Positions 35,688 to 46,344 of a stretch of DNA of 64,000 bases are shown here, piece by piece. The position numbers and the translations under genes were made by a program. The notes beneath the pieces are model-generated. The model ran no database searches and had not been told where the DNA came from. It worked only from the letters and a program-made list of their open reading frames with translations. Numbering within the stretch: position 1 is the first letter of the stretch; each line of letters begins with the position of its first letter. Source of the stretch: a bacterium (GTDB lineage: Bacteria; Bdellovibrionota_B; Oligoflexia; Oligoflexales; RGVZ01); the NCBI GenBank assembly GCA_037134655.1, contig JBAXLR010000002.1:6888-70887 (forward strand), in the 5' to 3' direction.

Positions 35688-38135
35688 TTAGGAGGCTTTT
35701 TTTGCGTGCAACGGGCTGTCTGATTTTTGAGCATTCTTAATTTTGAAAGCCCACTGCACAACCGACGCGGTTGTCCGCCAGATGCCTTGAATATCGTTAC
35801 TGGCATCTGGATGAAAGCCCTCATGGGCCGCGCGGTTTCGGAAATCCTGGAAAACGTGTAGTTCCTTACACAGATCCGCAAGTTCTCTATCATCATTAGC
35901 GCCGGTATTGAGTGTATTGGCTAGGCCCGCGGTACAGTTTTGTCGACCAAATATAAGAAAATATAGACCGAATGCTTTTAGACCATCGAGGGTAAAACGC
36001 CTTCCGGGTTGGAATTGACAAATTGCACGCAGCATTTTGCGTAATTTAAACTTCGAGAAAAATGGGATGTCCCGCACAACAGGTATTGATGCGATGTAGG
36101 CTTCAAACTCATCCATTTGTCGAACAATTGGGCGTGCATAGCCAAGAACATCGAGCTTTCTTTGAATGGAGCCGTTTTGCAGGGACTGGCTCACCATGTC
36201 TTCGAAAAACTCACGATATAGTAACTCCATCGCTTTGTACTGCATGTCGATCAGAGGCGAAAGGTCAATAGAGTCAGCGTGTTCACTAACCGTCGCCGTC
36301 TTGTTGAAAAATAGCGCCGTGCGAAGTGCTCGCTTGACCTCACTAGAAAGTACTTTGTAATTTGGAATCATGGCGGCCAATTCTTGATCCAAATTGAAAC
36401 TATCGGACCTTATGGGTTCAACAACTGTAGTTGAAGAGAGATTATTGTGGCTAATGCCTGGTGTCGGAGCAATGAGGGCTGAGAGCTCATCTTTAATTTG
36501 TGTCAATGGATGGTCCAAATACAGTGGTGTTTTCAAATCTCTTACGGCACTGCGCAGTTCTTTTTGAAGATCCTGCAGATCTTTCTTGGTTAGAGCTGCG
36601 ACAATGTCTTGTTGCACCGACGGAGTGGAGTTTGGTCTTGTCAGCATTGAAATTAGCTCTAAGTGGCTTCGCGGTGTATTGATTGAGGCGAGGGCATGGA
36701 CCACGGCCCGGAGGAGTGTCTCATCATCGGAACGAATATAATCAAGGAGCTTCAAGACGGCATCATCTCGCCCAGCCATCTTGGACATCAATCTGATAAA
36801 TCCAAGATGTGCCAAGCCCTTTTGCTTGCGACATAGCGTACTCAAAACAGCGATATTGGCGCCCTCAGGATCTTTCCATGCCATGGCCAGGGATGTCCAA
36901 ATATTCTGATCCGACTGGACCAGTGGCGCTTTCGTCTGTAATGACGCGAAGAAATCCATCAGGGGATGCGCTTTGCTTGGTGCATCATCCGTGAGTGTGT
37001 CAAAAAATTGTTCGATGGAATGGACTTTGTCACCTGCAATGGCGAGTTGGCCTGAACTTGCTTTTAAGCGTGCTTCTGCCAATTGGGGGTATTTTGATGC
37101 TTCATAAGAGCCTGCAAAGTGACCGCCTGCCATGAGATTTTGAGGCAATTGCTCGAGTGGCAAATGAGATATAACTATTTCTTTCCAGCAGTTCTTCAGA
37201 GGCGCTCTTTGGAGGGCATTTTGAATAGCTTTCCGAGGGAAGCCTGCAAGATCATCAAAACTAGCTTCGTTAGCTGAAAAAATTCCATTTAAAATCGATT
37301 CCGGCGCGTCGTGTCTGGACCATATGGGCGGTAGGCTTGCGGAGATTTGAGGCTGACGAACGTCCTTTGATAGCTGCTTTTCAAGTTTTGAAAAGCTGGC
37401 TTTACGTCTCCCGTGCGATTCGCGCGCGCTTTGCAATAAGTCGATCCAAACGAAGTTAGTGTGACTGGAGAAGATGGCATCGGCTTTGCTTTCAACATGG
37501 CGCAATAGATAAGCGTACGCTGTAAATATGGCTTTGTGGTCTGGATGGCTTTGCGAGACGATGTTTGTCAAAATATTCTTGCTAAGGGATTTCAATCGCT
37601 CGGATTCAATGTCAAATTGAAGGGCTCTTTCAAGTAAAAGAGCATGAAATGCTGGTGACAATTCTTCCCACCCGGCGCTGGCGATCGTTGCGCGCGTTAT
37701 CTCATAACCATGACACAATGGCGCCAGTTCGAGAATCGTATAGCGAATTCGTTGCGGTAATTCTGGTATTGCCAAAACGGGAATAAGGCGGTGCCACAAG
37801 ACTCTTTCGGTTGTTCTTGCCCAAGCACGCAGAGCAGCAGCCGCAATATTCTGGTTCCAGTTAAGAAATTCCCGCATGACCCAGAGTTCAAATTCAGGCC
37901 GATTAGTTGCGATGCAAAACTCAAGCCCCATGCCAATCTCGCGCTCTGACGCGCGGAGTTCAATGAGTGTATGGATAACAAAATCGGGTAGGCCAATGCG
38001 AGATTGATGCCAGCTTTCAAGTAGCCTCACTCGGTCTTGAGAACTGTCGGTATTGAGATATTGATCTAACTCTTGGCTACTGGCGACACGCCAATTCGAA
38101 CTTATTTCCATAAAACCCTCGCGCTTTAGTGGCAC
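35688..38135 (-). CDS. Large HEAT-repeat protein with a C-terminal HEPN-like (R-x4-H) domain
   Basis: HEAT-like repeats sit mid-protein (DDAVLKLLDYIRSDDETLLRAVVHALASINTP...). The C-terminal helical region ends in FQDFRNRAAHEG (35823-35840). The likely start is ATG 38111 (MEISS), which has a GAGGG RBS. Confidence 0.6.
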   Translation of the reverse strand: MPLKREGFMEISSNWRVASSQELDQYLNTDSSQDRVRLLESWHQSRIGLPDFVIHTLIELRASEREIGMGLEFCIATNRPEFELWVMREFLNWNQNIAAAALRAWARTTERVLWHRLIPVLAIPELPQRIRYTILELAPLCHGYEITRATIASAGWEELSPAFHALLLERALQFDIESERLKSLSKNILTNIVSQSHPDHKAIFTAYAYLLRHVESKADAIFSSHTNFVWIDLLQSARESHGRRKASFSKLEKQLSKDVRQPQISASLPPIWSRHDAPESILNGIFSANEASFDDLAGFPRKAIQNALQRAPLKNCWKEIVISHLPLEQLPQNLMAGGHFAGSYEASKYPQLAEARLKASSGQLAIAGDKVHSIEQFFDTLTDDAPSKAHPLMDFFASLQTKAPLVQSDQNIWTSLAMAWKDPEGANIAVLSTLCRKQKGLAHLGFIRLMSKMAGRDDAVLKLLDYIRSDDETLLRAVVHALASINTPRSHLELISMLTRPNSTPSVQQDIVAALTKKDLQDLQKELRSAVRDLKTPLYLDHPLTQIKDELSALIAPTPGISHNNLSSTTVVEPIRSDSFNLDQELAAMIPNYKVLSSEVKRALRTALFFNKTATVSEHADSIDLSPLIDMQYKAMELLYREFFEDMVSQSLQNGSIQRKLDVLGYARPIVRQMDEFEAYIASIPVVRDIPFFSKFKLRKMLRAICQFQPGRRFTLDGLKAFGLYFLIFGRQNCTAGLANTLNTGANDDRELADLCKELHVFQDFRNRAAHEGFHPDASNDIQGIWRTTASVVQWAFKIKNAQKSDSPLHAKKAS

Positions 38136-38271
38136 TAGGGTTATCGGATGCCGGCCTACGTATCCGAGCCTGGTGGTCTATGTGAAAGTGGAAAAAGTCT
38201 AAAATATTCAATTTAATTAGTTGGTTATATGATATTCCGAGGCTCGTCATTTCGGTGTTCGGCGCTGGATT

Positions 38272-41200
38272 TCAAAATTTGGCGCCAACGTTGAAGTGGA
38301 ACTCCCCACGTTTCCAAAGGGGGGCTTTTTGATCGGACCTCGGAAAACAGAATGCGCTATCTTTTTGACACTTCTCACTCTTGGGTTCATGCCAAGGAAT
38401 ACCGTACGCCAAATTGATTGAGCCGATGGGGGTCAGAAAATTGATAGCGGTTCCTGCCGATGTGAAGTTTCTCTCCCAAATAATCTTAGGATCTGAGGCC
38501 ACGTCAGAAATTTCATAGCCGATATTATCCTCGATACTACGTTGGGGAGTGCCTGAACAGGCTGGATTTGGGCCAACTGATGAATCCTCAGCAAACGCCT
38601 TCTCAAATTTTTGTTTTTCCTTTTGGCTGAAACTTGAGGTGCCGGAGTCAATGAAGAGTGTACCTGCAAGAGACGACGCAAATCGGTAGCGTGCTTCTGC
38701 CTTAAGAATTAATCGCCGCGATCCCCCTGTGGGAGAGGCAGTAAACGTACAGTCCCACACCTCGTCTTCACCAAGGTTGGGACGACGGACTATTGGCCCC
38801 AGACTGCGTTCACGGAAGCCTCGAACGGTATCGACGCCTCCTGCGGGAAGTCGCTCGCTGGCAGGCAAGATGTCACTATTTTGTTGACCTCTTCGCTCGA
38901 CATCCTCATAACTCGTGAAGTTTACTCCGAATGCAAAGACAACATCCTCAGAGAGGGATAAATAGCGATTATTTGTGACCTCCCACCGGAAGTAGCGGAG
39001 ATCTCCACCTAGATCATAACGAGCCCATGTGGCCTCGGAGTCAATTGAATATCCAGAGCTTGTCCAGGTTTGGTCATTGCGCTTGTCTAGTACGAATCTT
39101 AGGCCACCTCTACCCACTGCAAACGTGTCGGCAAGAAAGGCGTCAACGTCCTCGAGCGTTCCTTCTTCATCGTTCAGCTTTCTTGAATAGAAAGTCGAGA
39201 TTTTTGATCCAGGAATGAGGGTTCTCAAACTATGGGACAGTTCAATTTCAAAACCCTTGGTCAACGACCAGGCGTTATCAGTAGCGCGTGCCGCTTGGGA
39301 GACCGATACGGTTCCATCGATCACGGAATCGAGGATATGGGGTTCCAAGTAGCCGGCCGAAATTGATCGACCAAGGAGAGTTTTTGAACCAATGGCTTTT
39401 TGGTGAGCCTCTTCGTTGAAACTAGCTCGTCCGTACAATTGGCGCCCCGTTCCAGCAATATTGGTTAAAGCGCCCTCTAGGTTGTACCTCATGCCATAAT
39501 AAGAGCTCCAACCTGGGCCAAAATTAACTGATCGAGACGGGCTTTCTGTAACTTGCACCAACAAGTCCACAATATCAGGCTTAGTGAACATCAAATCTGG
39601 ATCCAATGGTCTAATCATAACAGTAGAAAAAGCTCCGATGCGAAGAAGAGCCTTTCTTGAAGCCGATACCAATTCGGGATCATACCAGTCACCTGTTTTG
39701 AAATGCAGCTCTCGCAAGACGACTTTTGGCACTGTCTTCACAAGGCCTGTCACAAACACATCGCCAAATTTAACCCGTGGACCCTCGTCTATTTTTATAA
39801 TAACAATGGTCTCTTGTTGTCCGTTTTTCAGGTTGCGAGAGGATGTATCTCCTGCAGCGGTCGTGTAAAAATAACCTTTCGCAGCATAGAGGGATCTGAT
39901 TTTTTGTTGAAGGTCGAGAATTTTAGATCGATCGATAGGCTCTCCAGGCGAGAATTCTGCAAAATCGGTGATTTCCTCAGTTGGTATTGACTGGTTGCCG
40001 CTTATGCTTAGTCGCTCGAATACTCGCTGATCACCTTCTTCAATTGACACCACGACAATAACTTGACCGCCTTGCCCTTCCCGCGATTGGCTCTGGATCT
40101 GCCGATCAATTATTTTAACGTCCCAAAAACCTTTATTGATGTAGTTTGCCCTGACGCGCTCGATTCCAGCGGCAATCGCATCTGGATTAAAAATAACTTC
40201 TGACGGCTCGTCGTCTGATTGCGTCGGTCGTTCGACTCCTAACAAGTTAAAGATTTCGGATTCACTAAACGACGTGTTCCCCTCGATTTGCAATCGCGTG
40301 ATCACCGTGATGTCACCAAGTTGTACAAAGTAACGATAAATCAGATCGCCATTTGCGCCCTCGTTTGTCGCTGTGTTTACAAGCTGAGCATCGCTATAGC
40401 CTCGAATTCGCAATTGCCTCAATAGCTCAAAGTTTACAGACTCTGCACTTAAAATTGCTGGATCAAATGATTGCATGTCTGCGTTGGTGAATATGTTGGA
40501 AAGGCTGCGGCCTGTTGCTTGATCGATGAATTCGTAAACTATCTTTCGACCGAATCGACCCTTAATTCTAATAATGGCTGCCGTGCTCGTGGCATCAAGT
40601 TGAAGCCCATCAAAGGCAAGATTAGCGTCAGCATAGCCAAGGCTTCGAGCCTTGCTTTCAGTTTCTGCAATTGAGCGGGCAATATCATCAACGTCACAAA
40701 TATCACCGCTGTGAATGCTTTGATCTGTTAATATTGGTGGCTTTTGTTCCCACGAAAAACCAGCGATGACACATGGCTGGCCGATATCAAGTTTGAAGAT
40801 GTAAACGATCTCTTCAGCCGTTTCTTTAATGAGATTTATGACCTTTCCATTGATATAGCCACGCTTGGCGATGGCCTCCTGCAGCTCCTGCGAAATTTTT
40901 TCCTGCAGCTTTGGCGAGTGTACCTGTCCCACGTACGGGGTGATTATGGCTCGCAGTTGCGCAGACAAAGCTAGTGGTGCAAGTTTAAACTCAATGCGAG
41001 CAACGGGAACTGCGGGCTTTCCTCTCACGACATAGCTGGTATCTGTCTTTTCGACCCACAAGCTACCAAAAGGATGGCGCAATGCGAGGGCTGCGAGGAT
41101 CGTTTTTAAATCAGTCGCGGAAGTGATTTCAGGTGTTCTTACGTGGAGTCTTTTGTCCTCTGCCCTTGGGATATCAAGCTCAGGCGCGATAGTCCACGGC

Positions 41201-41367
41201 GCGGCAAAAGCTGTCCCCGCGACGGTCAACAAAGTCGCAAACAAGATTATCCAAATCAAATGGGCGTTTTTAAGGAAACGCAAATTTGAACTTGAGATCG
41301 ACCCCGGTATCAGCTGGCGTACCGGATGTCTTGCTGTTAATTCCCGACTGATCATTTGTACTCTCAA
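38272..41367 (-). CDS. Omp85-family outer membrane protein (BamA/TamA-like), unusually long
   Basis: It has a signal peptide (...TVAGTAFA/APW), a long POTRA-like N-terminal region, a C-terminal beta-barrel and a terminal Phe (NVGAKF). The start is uncertain: an in-frame TTG (MRFLKNAHLIW...) would reduce the overlap with tamB. Confidence 0.85.
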   Translation of the reverse strand: MRVQMISRELTARHPVRQLIPGSISSSNLRFLKNAHLIWIILFATLLTVAGTAFAAPWTIAPELDIPRAEDKRLHVRTPEITSATDLKTILAALALRHPFGSLWVEKTDTSYVVRGKPAVPVARIEFKLAPLALSAQLRAIITPYVGQVHSPKLQEKISQELQEAIAKRGYINGKVINLIKETAEEIVYIFKLDIGQPCVIAGFSWEQKPPILTDQSIHSGDICDVDDIARSIAETESKARSLGYADANLAFDGLQLDATSTAAIIRIKGRFGRKIVYEFIDQATGRSLSNIFTNADMQSFDPAILSAESVNFELLRQLRIRGYSDAQLVNTATNEGANGDLIYRYFVQLGDITVITRLQIEGNTSFSESEIFNLLGVERPTQSDDEPSEVIFNPDAIAAGIERVRANYINKGFWDVKIIDRQIQSQSREGQGGQVIVVVSIEEGDQRVFERLSISGNQSIPTEEITDFAEFSPGEPIDRSKILDLQQKIRSLYAAKGYFYTTAAGDTSSRNLKNGQQETIVIIKIDEGPRVKFGDVFVTGLVKTVPKVVLRELHFKTGDWYDPELVSASRKALLRIGAFSTVMIRPLDPDLMFTKPDIVDLLVQVTESPSRSVNFGPGWSSYYGMRYNLEGALTNIAGTGRQLYGRASFNEEAHQKAIGSKTLLGRSISAGYLEPHILDSVIDGTVSVSQAARATDNAWSLTKGFEIELSHSLRTLIPGSKISTFYSRKLNDEEGTLEDVDAFLADTFAVGRGGLRFVLDKRNDQTWTSSGYSIDSEATWARYDLGGDLRYFRWEVTNNRYLSLSEDVVFAFGVNFTSYEDVERRGQQNSDILPASERLPAGGVDTVRGFRERSLGPIVRRPNLGEDEVWDCTFTASPTGGSRRLILKAEARYRFASSLAGTLFIDSGTSSFSQKEKQKFEKAFAEDSSVGPNPACSGTPQRSIEDNIGYEISDVASDPKIIWERNFTSAGTAINFLTPIGSINLAYGIPWHEPKSEKCQKDSAFCFPRSDQKAPLWKRGEFHFNVGAKF

Positions 41368-44300
41368 TCCCGCCCGTTAACGAAATGCTATCATGAAGGC
41401 TATACTCTGACGACACCTTGACGGTGCTCTGATCCACCTTCAAGACGACATCAAAGTCCTCTGTGATGTTTAGTGGTAAGTTGAATCTGACAACTGGCAT
41501 TCCCTCCTCGTCCGCATAGGTGTCAATATAGACCTGACGGATTACGCTTTGTCCGGATAGATCAAATATTTTCTGGACAGTATCCTCCACCTGTCCAGCC
41601 GCAATATTAAGCGCCTCTGATGCAGCCGTTGATTCTGCTGTACCGATTCCTGAAGAAGAGTCGGGTAGTGAGCCGCGATTTAAAAGACCAATGATATCGA
41701 TTTTTGATAGCGGTGTGCCATCGGGTTTGGTAGGGGGTTCCACCGTGAAATCAATGATTGGAGCGCTGGCACGTCCACTAATGTTAATGCCCACACGATA
41801 CGAGGAGACATCACTGGATGCAGAGATATCCAGAGCCGGATCAACTTTGATGGGGTCGTCGAAGTTGAGTAAGCCTCGTTTAATTTCAAAGTCACGTTTG
41901 TAGAAAAAACGACCCTTTGAAATGTCAACGAGTCCGATTATGCTTGGCAAAATGTTTGATCCACTGACACGTAAATCTGAGGATAGGGTCGCCTGTCCCG
42001 CCCTGCTGCTGAAGCCGATTGACCTATCTGCGCTAATGCTTATATCCATGTTGATCAACGGAATAATTGAATTGGTTGAGTCCGCTGCCGATTGTGAGCG
42101 AATACTTTCTAGGATCGCCTCGCGCAAATCCACATCACGATTGGATCTTGCTTTGACGATATCTATCCGACCTGATGCCGTCCAAGGGCGGCCACTCCCG
42201 GTGATTTTTATTTGACCATCAATCGTTGAGTCGAAGTATTTGATGATAGGAAAAGGGTAAAGGAATGAGGCGTTATCCATATTGACGGTCAGGTCGCTGT
42301 CTTCACCAGAGTCAGGTCTTGCTAGAAAGCCGCTGGCCTGGATGTCGCCATTACCTTTGTTGGCGCGAAGAGTTTTTATATTAATGCCGTTGGTTCCAAC
42401 ATGGGCGTCGAGTTTGATGTTTTGAAATGAAGGCCGAAATCCATTTAGTCCGATGGCTGTGGGTGAATCCGAGTCACGATCTGGCGCATCGCGTAGCTGA
42501 ATATCTACATTTGGCTTTTCAATGGATCCAAATATCCCGCCATCGATACGTAGAGATCCCGTTGCGATCTCTACATCTGATAGCAATAAACGTAGCGCCT
42601 CAATATCGACTTGTCCTTTGGTTGTTAACCCAAGCTGGGAGGGCGGGCGATGGTTTTTGAGCCCGAGACTGAGTTCTCCGACACTGCTGTTAATGACAAT
42701 CGGCCGCTGGTCAGCAAGTCGCCAACCCGACCTTTCAAAATATATTTTAGACGGATGAGCATTTCTGAAGTCTACGCGCTGTCCGCTTCGGGAAACCATT
42801 GAGTAATATCTAATCCTCAAATCGCGCAGTTCCAGCTCGCCAATACTGTCCCACCAGTTCTTAAAGGTTCCCTCCAGGTTCCAGGTGGCACTAAGATAGG
42901 CGAAATTTCGAGCGTCCTGGCTCATGATTGCAGGTAGCCAGGGTCTAAAATCAGCATTTTTAGCGGCGATGTACCAGTTGAATGGGATATCAGGATGTCC
43001 GAGATCTAAACTAAGTCGAGCCTTAAGGGCACTTCCGCCCTGCTCTGCCATAATGTCCAGCTTGGAGCCATCAATAACAATAGAGCCAACGATATCACTC
43101 ACTGGGGAATCTAGAATTTTTGTGTTAGCCAGCTGCAGCTTTGCTAGTCCCGTCAGTCCACTAAATGTCCCAGCAAGCTTTATGTCACCTGAGATTTCGG
43201 TCGAGATCCCAAGGGCGGCCAAATCTTTGCCAATGAAAGGGAGCAGACGTAAGTCGTCGCCACGGCTAGGCGCACCTTTAAGATTGGCAGATATGTCGAT
43301 CTGGTCGGTGCTATGCATACCAACGCCACCCAAAAAGGAATTGTCTTTGGACTGATTATCCCATACGTGATTGAAGCGAATCTGTGCTTGAGTGCCGGCA
43401 GATTTAACGACTAGATCGTCACTATAGTAGCCTGAACTAGTACCATTGATGTTTCCTTTGATAGACTTTGCAATGGTTCCCGAGTCGAGGCGAATATTTT
43501 CCGCATCAATAGTCAATTGCCCTTTCCAGTTAAGTGGTTTTTTTGCCGGACCCTGGAGTTTTGCCGTCAACGAATTTAAAACCATCTCAAATTGGGTTTG
43601 TCCATCTGTAACTTCTCGCACGAGAGTAGCAATAGTTGCGTGATCGATCATTTTAGCGGCTAATTGAAAATCTACATCCATCTCGTCATTGAATGCCATA
43701 GATCCCTGAGGGCTTTCAATGACGCCACCTTGCCTCGTAATAAGTGCCACGTCCTTCCAGGTAAATTTTCCGCCGGCAACTTCTGATGAAAGTTTTATAG
43801 CAGCAAATTGATTGGTGCCAATACTCGCGTCTTTGATGTCAAGATCTGTCTTCACTTTGACGCCAGAGTAGGGTCCAAACATCCGGGACTCGAACGTGCC
43901 CTTGCCGGAAAGCTTTACTTGGGCAAAATGAGAGATAGGAATCAAATTGAATTGCGGTGAGTTCAAGCTTATATCCATACCGGTTGCTTGATCAAAGGTG
44001 GCAAAACCGGAGATTGATAGCGGAAAGCGACCAAGAGATCCGGAAGTTTCGGCTGTAAAACAATGCCCAGCGGTATTTCGGAAAAATAATGCTGATGAAT
44101 TTACTTCCATGTTTAGATTTAATTGGCAAGTCGGCGGAATGGGATACCGGCTGTGATCGTAATCAGCTGACGGCGTACTAAAATTAGTAAGGGTCGCGTC
44201 CGAGGTGATTTCCATTTTATAAGGTGAGCTTGTCCCCTTAATTTTGAAGTCAGGACTCGAAAGCTCAAAATTCACAGTATCGACGTCAACATTAAATAAA

Positions 44301-45484
44301 TCCATAAGGTTTCGAAACGGTAGGTTCATCGGTTTTAAGCTGAAATCGTAGGAAACTGATTTATCAAAATTGATCTGTCCGCCACCTTTTGCAACAACCG
44401 TGTCGCCAATTTTGAGTGATGTATTTAACAGTTTGAATTTGTTCATATCAATTTCGAAGTCAGATTCTGTCTCATACAGGCGGAAACTGAAAAATCGCGC
44501 GTCTCTGCTGGTAATCGAGCCGTTGGTTAGGAATGTCGACGACTGTTTTGAAGCTATTGGGATCGTGAATGTGGTCTTGGTGCTTGCTTTAAACCCACCA
44601 CGACTTCCTGGTATATCGAGGAAAGATCCCATGATGCTCATATCGCCGTCAATATTCTCACCAAGAATATTGACGCCAATGCTGTCAATAATCGGGCTAT
44701 TTTTCTTGGTTTTGATTTCAACGTTTGATTTTCCGAAGAAGTTTATACGTGGGGATGAGATCTCAATTTTTTTGCCGACAAAGTTTTTCCCACGCATCTC
44801 GGCGCGTAGATTTACTCGTCCATCCTCCAGGTAAGAGGAGGAGCGATCTGTAATTGATGTGTTAGTGGAGTTTAGATCGACTTTGAACGACTTCCAGTCA
44901 ATAAACTCAGCGTTGAGGCTTAAACCCTGAGCCGAAAATTTGGTAACTTCTTTTGGGTCTTGATTGGAATTTACGGAAATCCCGTCCAATCGTGCAGTAA
45001 TGGTGGCATTTGCGATTTTGAGCGAGTGGAATGGCGGTGGGAATGCTGGCGGCCATGAAGGTTGAGTTGCAGTCTTTGGGTTGCTTGATTGAAGGGCCTC
45101 AAGGGCCGCCATAAAATCTTGGGGCAGTGGCCACGCCGCTTTTAAGTCCTTGAGCTCCAAATCTCCAAGTTGGGCACTTCCCATAAAGATTGACCATGGT
45201 GAGACTTTGAATGTCAATGTTGACAGCGATAGAAGCTCGTTGGTTACGCCGTTGCTGCTCTGACTGGAAATCTTTATGCCATAGATGTTCACGGCCGGCG
45301 GTACTAGCTGGAGCTTCATGCTTTGGTAGTCCGCGCGAATCGGCAAATTTTTTAATACTTGATTGTTGATATAGTAGTTCACCAGACTGTGTGTATAAGG
45401 ATTGTCAATGAGTAAGTTACCAATATAGACGCAAGCCACGATGACCATGATGGCGATCACACTTTTTTTGTGGCGACGCTTCAT
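41270..45484 (-). CDS. tamB: Translocation and assembly module protein TamB (AsmA-like, DUF490 C-terminus)
   Basis: It is 1404 aa with a single N-terminal TM anchor (SVIAIMVIVACVYIGNLLI). The body is a long Ser/Gly/Asp-rich beta-rich region typical of TamB, and the gene lies adjacent to an Omp85 gene. Confidence 0.8.
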   Translation of the reverse strand: MKRRHKKSVIAIMVIVACVYIGNLLIDNPYTHSLVNYYINNQVLKNLPIRADYQSMKLQLVPPAVNIYGIKISSQSSNGVTNELLSLSTLTFKVSPWSIFMGSAQLGDLELKDLKAAWPLPQDFMAALEALQSSNPKTATQPSWPPAFPPPFHSLKIANATITARLDGISVNSNQDPKEVTKFSAQGLSLNAEFIDWKSFKVDLNSTNTSITDRSSSYLEDGRVNLRAEMRGKNFVGKKIEISSPRINFFGKSNVEIKTKKNSPIIDSIGVNILGENIDGDMSIMGSFLDIPGSRGGFKASTKTTFTIPIASKQSSTFLTNGSITSRDARFFSFRLYETESDFEIDMNKFKLLNTSLKIGDTVVAKGGGQINFDKSVSYDFSLKPMNLPFRNLMDLFNVDVDTVNFELSSPDFKIKGTSSPYKMEITSDATLTNFSTPSADYDHSRYPIPPTCQLNLNMEVNSSALFFRNTAGHCFTAETSGSLGRFPLSISGFATFDQATGMDISLNSPQFNLIPISHFAQVKLSGKGTFESRMFGPYSGVKVKTDLDIKDASIGTNQFAAIKLSSEVAGGKFTWKDVALITRQGGVIESPQGSMAFNDEMDVDFQLAAKMIDHATIATLVREVTDGQTQFEMVLNSLTAKLQGPAKKPLNWKGQLTIDAENIRLDSGTIAKSIKGNINGTSSGYYSDDLVVKSAGTQAQIRFNHVWDNQSKDNSFLGGVGMHSTDQIDISANLKGAPSRGDDLRLLPFIGKDLAALGISTEISGDIKLAGTFSGLTGLAKLQLANTKILDSPVSDIVGSIVIDGSKLDIMAEQGGSALKARLSLDLGHPDIPFNWYIAAKNADFRPWLPAIMSQDARNFAYLSATWNLEGTFKNWWDSIGELELRDLRIRYYSMVSRSGQRVDFRNAHPSKIYFERSGWRLADQRPIVINSSVGELSLGLKNHRPPSQLGLTTKGQVDIEALRLLLSDVEIATGSLRIDGGIFGSIEKPNVDIQLRDAPDRDSDSPTAIGLNGFRPSFQNIKLDAHVGTNGINIKTLRANKGNGDIQASGFLARPDSGEDSDLTVNMDNASFLYPFPIIKYFDSTIDGQIKITGSGRPWTASGRIDIVKARSNRDVDLREAILESIRSQSAADSTNSIIPLINMDISISADRSIGFSSRAGQATLSSDLRVSGSNILPSIIGLVDISKGRFFYKRDFEIKRGLLNFDDPIKVDPALDISASSDVSSYRVGINISGRASAPIIDFTVEPPTKPDGTPLSKIDIIGLLNRGSLPDSSSGIGTAESTAASEALNIAAGQVEDTVQKIFDLSGQSVIRQVYIDTYADEEGMPVVRFNLPLNITEDFDVVLKVDQSTVKVSSEYSLHDSISLTGGIESTNDQSGINSKTSGTPADTGVDLKFKFAFP

Positions 45485-45492
45485 TCGTATCT

Positions 45493-46344
45493 TTAACCTT
45501 TACTTGACTCGGGAGCTAACAGATCATCAAATGGAATAGAGATTTGATCCTGCTGTTTTTTTGTTTTTTTTCCGGATGCATTCTTTTCTTGTTTTTTTGA
45601 CTTGACGGCGGTGGCCGGCATTTCAATGCCGAGTTGAGTACAAACCAGTCTAGTCATGCGCATTGGCGACCCCGCCGCATTTTTTGCCAGATTTAGGACT
45701 TGACTTGCATCGAGCGTTCCTCGTAATGACGGATGCTTGAGAAGTTTTCGGTTAACTAGTTCAGCAAGTTCTTGATCTGAAAAAGATGGTAGAGCCTTTA
45801 CATAAAGAATACGGCTTTCAATTGGTTGGCAGTTTGACAGCGATTGCCAAAGGGAATCGGCACAAGAAACAACGATCGAAAGCTTGATTCCGCTGGCGTC
45901 AGCAAGGTTCAGCAGGGCAGACAGCTCACCCGCCGTCTGGTCCGGGTCAGCCAATTCGTTGACATCGAGACAGATCATAATTGGTCTTTCTGTGTCTTTT
46001 AATCCAGACAATCTCAACTGAAATTGTCTGGTATTTTCTGAGTCACTCGTCAGCCACTGAGACAGCCCTTGAGAAATCCAGCCTGTATGCATGGATGGCG
46101 CTGTCGGGTTAAGTACTAAAATATCGGCGAATTCTGCCCCAACAGTCGCTAGCTGACGGATGAATGTTGTCTTGCCAGCACCTATTTCTGCATGAATGCC
46201 TATGACTGCATTGGCCGATTTCGTGATTTCAAGAATATCGTCATGCACTGATTTCCAAGCGGCGAGCTCCAGCTCTTCCGTTATAGGTGGTCTCGAGAAA
46301 AGAATCCCGATGGCGGCGGAGTCGACAATTGTTTTATTCATCAT
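45493..46344 (-). CDS. ExeA/MshM-like P-loop ATPase with a Lys-rich tail
   Basis: Walker A is AEIGAGKTT. The Walker-B-like strand is IMICLDVNE, where DV replaces the usual DE. The tail reads KSKKQEKNASGKKTKKQQ. Its ATG overlaps the upstream stop (ATGA at 46341-46344). Confidence 0.65.
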   Translation of the reverse strand: MMNKTIVDSAAIGILFSRPPITEELELAAWKSVHDDILEITKSANAVIGIHAEIGAGKTTFIRQLATVGAEFADILVLNPTAPSMHTGWISQGLSQWLTSDSENTRQFQLRLSGLKDTERPIMICLDVNELADPDQTAGELSALLNLADASGIKLSIVVSCADSLWQSLSNCQPIESRILYVKALPSFSDQELAELVNRKLLKHPSLRGTLDASQVLNLAKNAAGSPMRMTRLVCTQLGIEMPATAVKSKKQEKNASGKKTKKQQDQISIPFDDLLAPESSKG

